Virus record (IMG/VR): IMGVR_UViG_3300029337_000010
Span: 1-58,034 of that record
Source of the DNA: a virus
Length of the DNA stretch: 58,034 bases
Strand: one strand, 5' to 3'
The stretch's first letter is position 1, and each line of letters opens with the position of its first letter. A model generated the notes under the pieces. That model worked only from the letters and a program-made list of their open reading frames with translations. It was not told where the DNA came from and ran no database searches. Shown here in pieces: positions 24,811 through 33,697 of this stretch. The translations under genes were made by a program, and so were the position numbers.

Positions 24811-27057
24811 TCATCCTACTTTCTTTTTTAATTCTTCTAGTGCCTCTTGCTGTAACTGTACTGCAGCGATCAGATCAGCGATCAGTTCCGTTTTGTCAAG
24901 CGCATAATAGGTATTGCCATCCGGATCTGGATTTTCGGAGCAGATCGCCCAGTCTTCATCTCCAATCGCCGCCAGCACTTCCTGCGCAATCAGACCATGC
25001 CGGTAATGCCCATCCTGGTCATAGTTATAAACAAATCTGCAAGGACGTAAAGACTGTATAAGCGCGGCGCTCTTTTCTCTGTCAAGGGATTCTATCCCGT
25101 GCTTTAGTCGCTTGTCAGAATAAGATTCCCATCCATAGGACGATATTCCTTTTCCGCTTGAGAGCATTTGTGCTATGGTGTTTGCCGACGTGTCGCGCAC
25201 CGTCACATCAGAGTAACTTGCCGTGAGTTCACGCGTATCTGCCGCCGACCGCAAACCATCCGTTCCCATCTGCACAAGAGTTCCTTCCCGTTTCAGTTCA
25301 ACCAAGTTGTCCGTACTCTCTGTCGCGTCAATATGCACATACCCACCGGTCATCTCCACAGATCCCCTGAGTTCCAACAAATCAGCTCTAATCTTTAATC
25401 CCTCTGCTGACTGATTGATCTCCGATACTACACTGTCGCGTGACACTTTTGACGTTATCCCCTCGGCGTTTATCTGGATTGCAGCCGCAAGTTCTCCCTC
25501 TTTATTTGTCGCCCGGTTTACCTCTGCAGTAATGCTTTCTGCTGTCTGGGTTATCTTTGAAGACAATGTTTCCTCTGCATTTGTTGCCCGGTTGACCTCC
25601 GCTGTGATGCTCTCTGCAGTCTGGCTGATCTTACTGGATAGCGTACCCTCGGCGCTCGTTGCCCGGTTTACCTCTGCAGTAATGCTCTCCGATGTCTGGG
25701 TTATCCGCGATGATAACCCGTCAGTGGTATTCTTTACTTCTGACCGGATTTCTGTGGCTGTCTGTGTGATCTGTGACTGCAAACCCTTTTCCACGTCAAC
25801 GATTGTCGATTTTGTCTCATCAATTGAGCGTTCCAGAGTGTTGCTCTTGCCTTTCAGCTGCAATATGCTCCGCTGAATTCCGTTGACCTTACTTGTACGG
25901 TACTCTTCCCCGTCCGCTTCCAGATCGTCGCGCAAAGCCTGTATGCCTTTCAGCGTGCGCTTTAGGATGTAAGTCTCGATCAGTTCATATTTTGTAGTCA
26001 TCCGTACCGCATCTCCAACCTCAAGGCATGGATTTCCTTTGCAGTCAGCACTAAATGGTCTGTATATAATTCCTTTTATCTTTGATAACGTTTTTTCTCC
26101 AATTTCATTTAATTCCTTTGTTCCCTTCCCATAAACAAGGAAATTTCCCTCGATCACATAAGTGTTTTTGCCATCACCTACAATCACTCCTATATCATTC
26201 TCTTTTTCACGAATTTGCAGTTTGTCAATCGTTCTGACAATATAATCTTCATATTGTGCTGAAATGTACTGACTTTTACTTATGCTGGTGCTCTTTGGAT
26301 TTCTAGGATAAAGATCATCCGCCGGGTAAAGATCATTCGCCGGATAAAGCCCCTGCATCTCTTGCGTTAAGTACACATAGCGAAACTTTCCAACGCGCCC
26401 GATATTTCCCATACAACCGTTAATTTCAAGTATACAAGACAAAACCTCTTTTCCGCTTATGGCTTCGCCTATCGTGTTTGTCTCTGCGGTATCTGAACTT
26501 CCGCTACTTGATGCTTTCACTTCTACAGTTTTTTCAATAATCATTTCATCATTTACAAGAGATACTTCTTCCTGTTCCACTCCAAAATGATTAAAAAAGC
26601 TATCTCTGAATTGTTTGAGAGTTACCCTGCTATCTTTTTGTGGAAGTATCTGATTGTACCAATCAGTAACATCAGATGATAAAATATCATACAAAGCATC
26701 GTAAGCTACCACATCCCGGCACGTCCGATCTGCCGTAGGTGTGTCAGAATAAACCTTGTATCTTCCTATTTGGAATGGTTTATCTTCGTGACCATCAAGA
26801 GTCATCTTTGCAGTCAACCACTTGCCTTTCATTGGCAAGAATACATTGGACACCGTGAATTTAATCATCCCGGCTTCACATGCCCCGAATGTTAATTCAG
26901 ATTCCGAACACAAACTTTCTGTCAATTCAAATTTTTCTTGGTGCAGTTCGGTGTTTGTGATATTGATTTTCCCATCATCAGATACGATGTTTAACTGTTT
27001 GTCTACGCTGTCCTTTAAAAACAGGATTGAATATTGGTAATCAACCATCGTATACAC
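24811..27057 (-). CDS. Tail-tip / baseplate protein with 25-aa repeats and a C-terminal S74-type intramolecular chaperone domain
   Basis: 748 aa. SDKRLKHGIESL...GLIAQEV resembles the autoproteolytic chaperone of fibre and spike proteins. Confidence 0.7.
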   Translation of the reverse strand: MYTMVDYQYSILFLKDSVDKQLNIVSDDGKINITNTELHQEKFELTESLCSESELTFGACEAGMIKFTVSNVFLPMKGKWLTAKMTLDGHEDKPFQIGRYKVYSDTPTADRTCRDVVAYDALYDILSSDVTDWYNQILPQKDSRVTLKQFRDSFFNHFGVEQEEVSLVNDEMIIEKTVEVKASSSGSSDTAETNTIGEAISGKEVLSCILEINGCMGNIGRVGKFRYVYLTQEMQGLYPANDLYPADDLYPRNPKSTSISKSQYISAQYEDYIVRTIDKLQIREKENDIGVIVGDGKNTYVIEGNFLVYGKGTKELNEIGEKTLSKIKGIIYRPFSADCKGNPCLEVGDAVRMTTKYELIETYILKRTLKGIQALRDDLEADGEEYRTSKVNGIQRSILQLKGKSNTLERSIDETKSTIVDVEKGLQSQITQTATEIRSEVKNTTDGLSSRITQTSESITAEVNRATSAEGTLSSKISQTAESITAEVNRATNAEETLSSKITQTAESITAEVNRATNKEGELAAAIQINAEGITSKVSRDSVVSEINQSAEGLKIRADLLELRGSVEMTGGYVHIDATESTDNLVELKREGTLVQMGTDGLRSAADTRELTASYSDVTVRDTSANTIAQMLSSGKGISSYGWESYSDKRLKHGIESLDREKSAALIQSLRPCRFVYNYDQDGHYRHGLIAQEVLAAIGDEDWAICSENPDPDGNTYYALDKTELIADLIAAVQLQQEALEELKKKVG
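25505..25730. repeat. Three 75-bp tandem repeats (25-aa units I(T/S)QT(A/S)ESITAEVNRAT...)
   Basis: Units start near 25507, 25582 and 25657. Confidence 0.85.
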
Positions 27058-27457
27058 CCCCTATAAATGCCAGTCTTACAGAGTTGTAATGGATTTGACC
27101 GCCATAAGTCCCGTATATTGTAGGTTGAAAATCTGCCATGTAACCATACTGTGTTACATAATCGTCATACTCCGGTATGTACGCCGTGATATAGCAATCT
27201 CTTCCGGTTGCATTGGTAAACTGCTGACGGATTTTACTTATAATGGCATTAAATTCCGTGTTTGTAAGCATAGCCCGTGTTTCAAACTCAACTTTTAACG
27301 CCTTTAATTCCACGGCATTTCTATGTAGATAGCCGTTAGCGTCCGTATAATCATCCAAGTCCTGCATATTCACATATGGGCTATATGTTTCCGGTTTCAT
27401 GAAAGACATTGGAACTGTATAATTTCCAATCTTTAACAACCATCCGCTGTACGCCAT
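27041..27457 (-). CDS. Small tail component in the distal-tail-protein position
   Basis: 138 aa. The call rests on position only: it follows the tape measure region and precedes the tail-tip protein. Confidence 0.45.
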   Translation of the reverse strand: MAYSGWLLKIGNYTVPMSFMKPETYSPYVNMQDLDDYTDANGYLHRNAVELKALKVEFETRAMLTNTEFNAIISKIRQQFTNATGRDCYITAYIPEYDDYVTQYGYMADFQPTIYGTYGGQIHYNSVRLAFIGGVYDG

Positions 27458-27567
27458 GTTTTCACCACCTAACTGTTTTGGTTTGCGGCTGTCTCAAATG
27501 ACAGTCGGTAAAATGGGTATAAAAATAGCACCTACCAGTTTGATAGATGCCACTTCTTTTTCTTTAT

Positions 27568-27672
27568 CTATTTTGTGATTACTTCGATATTGGGCGCTTT
27601 AATCACAATTTTCTCCGGCGTGTGAATTACTTCCGTGTTCCCATATGTAATCTTGATTTCCTGTTTTTCCAT
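27568..27672 (-). CDS. Very small ORF (34 aa)
   Basis: AGGAGG RBS 7 nt upstream of the ATG. A G·U-rich hairpin with a T-run lies downstream. Confidence 0.35.
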   Translation of the reverse strand: MEKQEIKITYGNTEVIHTPEKIVIKAPNIEVITK

Positions 27673-27691
27673 ATATACCTCCTATTGAATT

Positions 27692-27722
27692 TAAAAATGA
27701 AAAGAAGCGCATCTCTGCGCTC
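27692..27722 (-). terminator. Rho-independent terminator closing the moron cassette
   Basis: On the minus strand: AGCGCA-GAGA-TGCGCT, then TCTTTTCATTTTT. Confidence 0.7.
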
Positions 27723-27726
27723 CCTC

Positions 27727-28095
27727 TTATATACCCGCTTTCCCCAGCCTTTCCCAATCTGCATCCCTAGTACATTCATCCTTTTTCTTCAATAAGTTTT
27801 CGTTCTCTTTTTCCAGTTTTTCTATTTTTATTTCCAATTTCTTTTTCTCTTTTTTCAATGCAATATTCTCTTTTTCCAAATCGTCCGAACGAATAAGCGC
27901 GTTTGACTCCCGATTAAAAAGATCAGTATTGTGCGCCTTTAATGCATCTTTTTCTTTATTTAACTATCTTATTTCCCATTTGTAATTCTTTTTATCTTGC
28001 GTCATCTTAATTTTCAATTCTTCTATCGTTTGATGTGCTTTATTCAACTTCTTTTTGCACTCATTTAGTTCTGATTCAGACTCCCTATTCTCCAT
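27727..28095 (-). pseudogene. Coiled-coil ORF with one in-frame TAG (43 codons, TAG, 78 codons)
   Basis: MENRES... (RBS GGAGA) ends at the TAG at 27964-27966. The same frame stays open for 78 more Lys/Glu-rich codons with no ATG or RBS, up to the TAA at 27727-27729. Confidence 0.5.
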
Positions 28096-28123
28096 CGTAA
28101 TTCTCCACATATTAAATCCAAAT

Positions 28124-28627
28124 TTATATGAAAGTGTAGCCACAATCATTACATATAATTTTATTTATTTCATATGTTTGATCTTTTCTCAAAATCTTTT
28201 CCTTTTTATTTACTAAAGTAAACGGTTTAAATGGATTTAGATTTGCAGTGTATCTTGTCTTTGTTTTGCCTGGTACAAATTTCTGCTCCGTATAATGAGA
28301 ACAATTTTCGCTCCCACATCTTGGACAGTAAACCTCTTTTTTTTCTCCGAATAAAGTATATTTATATATACCATTAAATCCCGTGTTTTGAGATCTTTCA
28401 ACAGAATTTTTTAAGAATAATTTTCCAACACCTGTAATCTCTGGCTCTTTTGGGCGTTCCCACCCTCTATCATTTTTGTTTTCTTGTTCGTATGATTTAT
28501 AAAATTCACTTTTCCCCGCAGACATTTCATTGTTTTCGTGTTGTTTCAACGGAAATCCGCAATTGATACACATTTCTGCTTTGTCTGAAATTTCTTTTCC
28601 ACATTCAGGACATTTAATCAACGCCAT
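28124..28627 (-). CDS. Double zinc-ribbon protein (moron gene)
   Basis: 167 aa. CPECGKE..CINCG at the N terminus, and CPRCGSENC...CNDCG at the C terminus. Confidence 0.7.
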   Translation of the reverse strand: MALIKCPECGKEISDKAEMCINCGFPLKQHENNEMSAGKSEFYKSYEQENKNDRGWERPKEPEITGVGKLFLKNSVERSQNTGFNGIYKYTLFGEKKEVYCPRCGSENCSHYTEQKFVPGKTKTRYTANLNPFKPFTLVNKKEKILRKDQTYEINKIICNDCGYTFI

Positions 28628-28638
28628 GTGTTACCCTC

Positions 28639-28687
28639 CCGCCACTTGTAATAAAATGATTCTACCACAAGTGGCGGTATTTGTCAT
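28639..28687 (-). promoter_or_regulatory. 11-bp-stem hairpin containing a promoter-like (A)TGACA(A)-N16/17-TAGAAT
   Basis: The arms are CCGCCACTTGT (28639-28649) and ACAAGTGGCGG (28667-28677). On the minus strand the -10 is at 28659-28664 and the -35 at about 28681-28687. Confidence 0.5.
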
Positions 28688-31600
28688 TAGAAAATATATG
28701 CTTCTCTTCCAGTTCTGTTAAAATAATCTTTTGCATAATTGCGAGCACTTTTTCCGATCTGCTCTGATGTAATCCCAAATTCTTTTTCCAAAATTCCTTG
28801 AAGCAACTGATTTTGCTGTCTTAGCAATTCCATTTCCTGTTGCGCCGTACTGTACACGGCATCTCGAATACCGGTAATTTCCTGTCCACCTGCTACCGCT
28901 GTTTTCCCTCCGACAGTTCCCAGCATTTCTGCCCGTCCATTTTCTCCTGCCATAAACATACTGTATTGGCTCGGGAATCCTCCGGCGGCAAAAGTAGGAA
29001 TTTTCCCAAGATTTATACTTCCGGCTCCAACAATCTGCTTTCCAGCAATGTTTACAGCGTCCCACGAAAAAGAAAGCTTTGAGTTCATCCAGTTTGCAAA
29101 TCCGTTCCATATGTGCTTTACAGCGGCTATAGCATTATTCCATGCATTTTTTAATCCATCTGAAATACCACTAAATGTCCACTTGTCTGTTGTAAACTTT
29201 GGAGCAACATCTTGATTCCACCACTTATAGAATCCGGTGTTTTCCCACCATCCAGTAAATTCCTCCCACTTTTTAGATAGACCTTTTCTTATATTTTCTC
29301 CAAGGCTTTTCCATGTATTTACTGTAAACCATGGAGAAACTTTTTCGTTCCACCAAACGGCTATACCTGTGTCACTCCACCATGTAGAGAATTCCTCCCA
29401 TTTAGTGGAAAGACCTTCTTTTATTCCGTTTCCTATTTCAAGCCAATGATCTTTAGTAAACCAAGGCAAAATATTTTCTTGAATGTATTCAGATGCTTCA
29501 TTCCACTTTTCTTCTATTTTACCTTTTATTTCTCCTATTTCTGTCTGTATTGAGAGCTTTTTTTCTCCCCAATATTCCTTTACATCTTCCCACCATGAAG
29601 AAACATCCTCTAAAGTTGTTGTTAATTTATTGCGAACGGGTAGTTCAACATCTAATCCCCACCATTCTTTTACGTCGTCTTTAAACCCAGATATTTTTTC
29701 TCTCAAGTTTGGAAGAACAACTTCTGCTCTTAAGTCCACATTATCTAGACCATTTATTTGTTTCCACTCATCTATCCATGCTTTTAAATCAAAGCTACTT
29801 GGAACTTTTAGGCTGTCTGGTACATTATTGTTAAAATCGTTTAGTGCCTTTTGGTATTCATCTAAAGATGCATAATCTTCTTTTTTCGGCATCTTAATGT
29901 TTAAGTCAACTCCGTCTGAATAACGATCAAGTATTCCTTTTTGACTCAAAATGCCCCCACCATATGCATTTATCCACTCAAACGGATTTATAAGCTGCTT
30001 TAAGCTTTCTTGCAAATATTGTAAAAATCCACCATCCTTATATGCTTTTACTAGATTTTCTGCATCTTTTTTTATACTGTCTTTTCCAATAGTAAAAGTT
30101 AACGCCCCAACTGCAACGGAAAGTGAAATCGGAACTACATAAGAAAGAATTGACTTTACTGACTCTTGTCCAAACGCCGCCACAAACTTCTCACTAATCA
30201 GTTTTCCTATCGTTTCCTTAAGAATTTTACCTGTAAGAATTTTACCTGCATACTTAAGTGCAAATGCTCCAATAATAAGAGATATTGTCTCAAGATCAAT
30301 TTCACTCAAAAAATCCGTTACACCATCCCATACTTCTGACCACTTGATATTTCCAATTGCTGTTGTAATAGTGTCATATATTCCATGAACCCATGTATTG
30401 ATTGTTCTACCAAGTGCCGAAAAATCAAACGTTTCAAAGAAGCGATTCACTCCTGCGGCAATGGAATCTCCCAGATTTGTCCAGTCAAATTCTTCTCCAA
30501 ATGACAAGGCTGCATAAATTGCTGTGTTAAGCGCACTTGCAATCGTCATGCCGACATCTCCGAACAATCTTGGTGTAATAAGCCCATTAAGGAAATCTGC
30601 CAGCCCTTTTCCAAAATTTCTAGCCTTGGAATAAATTCTATCCCAGTCAATAGATTCCATGGCATCTGATAGCGCATCGCTGATATATGCCCCAAGTTCC
30701 CGCAAACTTCTGATCTGGCTTTCATAGTCTTTGAAAATGGTATCTACCTGTACCAGCCCACCGGACGCACCACCGCCGGATGCGCCACCACCGCCGGAAC
30801 CACCAGAACCAGATCCGCTTGAATTATCTGGAGTGGTAATCAGATTCAGTTCGTCAAAGGCTCTTAATCCTTTATTCATTTTTTCAACGTTCTTCGCTGC
30901 CTGTCCAGTGCTGTCTGCTATATCAGCCGCGCTCCCTGCTGCATCAGACCAATCGTCTGCCAAACCACCGGCAGAAATCTCAAATTTCCATCCGAAGATT
31001 GATCCTAACGCATTGGTTACTGTCGTTGCAAAAGCAATAACTTTCTGCATGACTGCATTAAGAGTTCTTACAAACGGTTTAAAAGCGTTAATCAGTGCTC
31101 CACCGATAATAGCCGCAAGCTGTTCAAATGACTGCTTAAGTATTCTTACCTGGTTTGCCCATGTGTCTGATGTTCTCGCAAAGTCTCCCTGCGCCGCGGC
31201 TGTATTTGCCATGACATACTGATAACGAAGCATAGTTTTTTCTGCCTGCGTCATAGACGAAATGTCAGCATCCAATCCCTGCTTCATAGCCCACTCTTTA
31301 AGGGTAGCCTGTGTGAGGTCAAGACCATATTTTCTTAACGGCTCTGTCTCTCCGGTAAATACTGCCTGCAAGTTTCTAGCAACGTCAGACTGCTCCATAT
31401 CATAGAAAGAAGCCATATCAGCAGTCAGCTTTGTAAGCTGTAGCGACATGTCAGCCATCTTTCCTTGTGAAAATCCCATGGCTGTACCCATAGCTTGGAA
31501 TCGGCTTGCCACCTGTTTAGCGGTCAACTCTGACATGCCAAAATCCTGTATGGATGTTTTTGAAAAGTCCTGTATCAGCTTCTCATAATTGCCGAATGTG

Positions 31601-32619
31601 GTACGTACAACGTTTTCAACCTCTGTCAAAGAAGATGAAATGTCGATTGCATCCTTAATCTTTGAAAAAGCACGGAACAACAGCCAGTATGATGCGTACA
31701 GCTTTCCGAAAGCTGCAGCAAGGCTAAAGCTGCTACTTTTCGCCTTGTTCGCAGATCCACTAAAAATGTTCAAACTTTTCCCGAGTGATGTTGCTGCTCT
31801 ACCGGATGATGCGCCTGTTTTTGCCAAATTTGCAAGTGCTTCTGTCATTCTGATGATGTTTGCGCTTACGTTTGGTGCTTTTGAAAGCGTCTCAAACAGG
31901 TATTTAAGGTTATCTGCAAGCAAAGGTATGTTGTTTACTGCCCTGCCGCTCGCAACGCTTCCTAACCTTGATATAGACGTCACAAGGCTACTCATGTTTG
32001 CCATATCAAATTTCAGTTCGCCGATTTTATTCATCTGGCGCACAAAATTCTGTAGTTGCGCTGATATTTGCGGCAAATTGGCTGTCGCCTGTGTAGAAAT
32101 TTTACCACCAAGTCTGCTGATACTTCCTATCAGATTGGTCAAACCTGTTGTATCAAAGTTAAGTGCCCCTACGCTGTTCATTCCTTTGACAAAGTAAGCA
32201 AGGTCATCCTTAATTTTAACTAGATTGCTTGTTCCTACAGTAGCCAACGTTCCGCCCATTTTAGACAGTGCCGCCGCCGTATTCATAATTCCACTTGCAT
32301 CAATCGTTTTTGTATCTTTCATTCCTGCCGCAAGATTTTTCATTGCCGCAGATATACCATAAAAAGATGATGTGTCTACATTTGAGAATTTGCTTAATGC
32401 GGTGGCAAGTGATGTAATCTCTTTTGATTTTGCACCCTTAAACCCTGTTGCCGCGTCAGACATGCTTCTAATTCCAGATGCTATGTTTGAAAGTTTACTG
32501 GTATCAAATGATAGACTTTTTCCAAGACTATCCAAACTTGATGCAAGTTTATCAATGGAATCGCTCGCTTTTGCAGAATCAGCCTTAATTTTTATCTGTA
32601 ATTCATCAATATCTGCCAT
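28687..32619 (-). CDS. Tail tape measure protein
   Basis: 1310 aa. It is the largest gene and sits after the chaperone pair. It has a Gly tract (GSGSGGSGGGGASGGGASGG) and Trp-rich C-terminal repeats. Confidence 0.9.
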   Translation of the reverse strand: MADIDELQIKIKADSAKASDSIDKLASSLDSLGKSLSFDTSKLSNIASGIRSMSDAATGFKGAKSKEITSLATALSKFSNVDTSSFYGISAAMKNLAAGMKDTKTIDASGIMNTAAALSKMGGTLATVGTSNLVKIKDDLAYFVKGMNSVGALNFDTTGLTNLIGSISRLGGKISTQATANLPQISAQLQNFVRQMNKIGELKFDMANMSSLVTSISRLGSVASGRAVNNIPLLADNLKYLFETLSKAPNVSANIIRMTEALANLAKTGASSGRAATSLGKSLNIFSGSANKAKSSSFSLAAAFGKLYASYWLLFRAFSKIKDAIDISSSLTEVENVVRTTFGNYEKLIQDFSKTSIQDFGMSELTAKQVASRFQAMGTAMGFSQGKMADMSLQLTKLTADMASFYDMEQSDVARNLQAVFTGETEPLRKYGLDLTQATLKEWAMKQGLDADISSMTQAEKTMLRYQYVMANTAAAQGDFARTSDTWANQVRILKQSFEQLAAIIGGALINAFKPFVRTLNAVMQKVIAFATTVTNALGSIFGWKFEISAGGLADDWSDAAGSAADIADSTGQAAKNVEKMNKGLRAFDELNLITTPDNSSGSGSGGSGGGGASGGGASGGLVQVDTIFKDYESQIRSLRELGAYISDALSDAMESIDWDRIYSKARNFGKGLADFLNGLITPRLFGDVGMTIASALNTAIYAALSFGEEFDWTNLGDSIAAGVNRFFETFDFSALGRTINTWVHGIYDTITTAIGNIKWSEVWDGVTDFLSEIDLETISLIIGAFALKYAGKILTGKILKETIGKLISEKFVAAFGQESVKSILSYVVPISLSVAVGALTFTIGKDSIKKDAENLVKAYKDGGFLQYLQESLKQLINPFEWINAYGGGILSQKGILDRYSDGVDLNIKMPKKEDYASLDEYQKALNDFNNNVPDSLKVPSSFDLKAWIDEWKQINGLDNVDLRAEVVLPNLREKISGFKDDVKEWWGLDVELPVRNKLTTTLEDVSSWWEDVKEYWGEKKLSIQTEIGEIKGKIEEKWNEASEYIQENILPWFTKDHWLEIGNGIKEGLSTKWEEFSTWWSDTGIAVWWNEKVSPWFTVNTWKSLGENIRKGLSKKWEEFTGWWENTGFYKWWNQDVAPKFTTDKWTFSGISDGLKNAWNNAIAAVKHIWNGFANWMNSKLSFSWDAVNIAGKQIVGAGSINLGKIPTFAAGGFPSQYSMFMAGENGRAEMLGTVGGKTAVAGGQEITGIRDAVYSTAQQEMELLRQQNQLLQGILEKEFGITSEQIGKSARNYAKDYFNRTGREAYIF

Positions 32620-32642
32620 GACCGCACCAACTTTCTACGCAT

Positions 32643-32677
32643 AATAAAAAGACGGTAGGCTGTGACACCTTACCGTC
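32643..32677 (-). terminator. Hairpin terminator between the lysin gene and the tape measure gene
   Basis: GACGGTA-N13-TACCGTC with T-runs on both sides. Confidence 0.6.
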
Positions 32678-32686
32678 CTTGATTTT

Positions 32687-33697
32687 TTACTGAATCAAAA
32701 TTTTCTGCCCTACATAAATTTTGTTTGGGTTCTTGATCCCGTTGTCTTTCTGCAATTTTGCAACCGTTACATTGTTTTCTTTTGCGATCTTTGAAAGCGT
32801 ATCGCCGCGTCGTACCGTATACGTTGTCTTTTTATCTGTAGACTGCACAGAAGCATCCGTTGATCGAATATCTCCATCGTTGCACCAGCCTACTGCAACT
32901 CCATTTTTTGAAAAGCAATATGGATTATGCGTACCCGCCTTGATTCGTGTAATCGTTCCGGAAGCATACTTGATGATCGAATCTCCAATACCAGCCGTGG
33001 AAGATTTGTAGTAAGAAGAAACCGTGATTTCCTCTCCAACCTTATGAAGCGTGTTCTCTGGCTCTGGCATTACATTTACCGTGTCTACCGCTACATACAG
33101 TTCATTGAGATCGACGCATCCGGAAACACCGGCTACAAATCCCTTTGAACTGTATTGCCATCCGTAAAGTTCATGAAGAATATCAGGCTTCTTATCTTCC
33201 GGTGCGTCCGCCGTAATCATCATAGGCGTACTGGACGGGTATCTTGCGACCCAAAACGGGCAATCAATATGCTCAAGATATGGCTTGATATAGCTGTTGT
33301 AAAAAGACAGACCCGTGTATACACCAAATTTGCACCCTGCGTCTTCAATGATCTTCTGATATTCATTGATAATAGAAACAATCTTATCGCCAATATTCTG
33401 CTGGCACTTATCCTCTACATCCAGCCACACCATCAAATTTTTTCCGTCAAGAACTTCAATCACTCTTTGTGCATCAGTCCGTGCCTTTTCTGCGTTTGTT
33501 GCGTAGCTGTAATTATATACGCCCTGCACCGGAACGCCCGCTTCCGTTGCTCCTGCCCAGTTTGCTTCAAAATACTTGTCCGGCTGCAAATCTTTTCGGA
33601 TTACTTTCAAAATGGCAAATTCAACGCCGTTCTCTGCTACTTTTGACCAGTTAATATTTCCATTGTACCCGGAAACATCAATACCTTTAATTTTCAT
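32687..33697 (-). CDS. GH25 muramidase with a C-terminal LysM domain (endolysin or virion-associated lysin)
   Basis: 336 aa. KGIDVSGYNGNINW...FAILK...WLDVE is GH25-like. The C-terminal YTVRRGDTLSKIAKENNVTVAKLQKDNGIKNPNKIYVGQKILI is LysM. Confidence 0.85.
   Translation of the reverse strand: MKIKGIDVSGYNGNINWSKVAENGVEFAILKVIRKDLQPDKYFEANWAGATEAGVPVQGVYNYSYATNAEKARTDAQRVIEVLDGKNLMVWLDVEDKCQQNIGDKIVSIINEYQKIIEDAGCKFGVYTGLSFYNSYIKPYLEHIDCPFWVARYPSSTPMMITADAPEDKKPDILHELYGWQYSSKGFVAGVSGCVDLNELYVAVDTVNVMPEPENTLHKVGEEITVSSYYKSSTAGIGDSIIKYASGTITRIKAGTHNPYCFSKNGVAVGWCNDGDIRSTDASVQSTDKKTTYTVRRGDTLSKIAKENNVTVAKLQKDNGIKNPNKIYVGQKILIQ

Noticed and set aside
28687-32619. The Trp-rich tandem motifs (W..E(F/Y)..WW) and the Gly tract in the tape measure protein as something unusual
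   Set aside because: Such repeats and Gly-rich linkers are common in tape measure proteins and scale with tail length. They are not novel.
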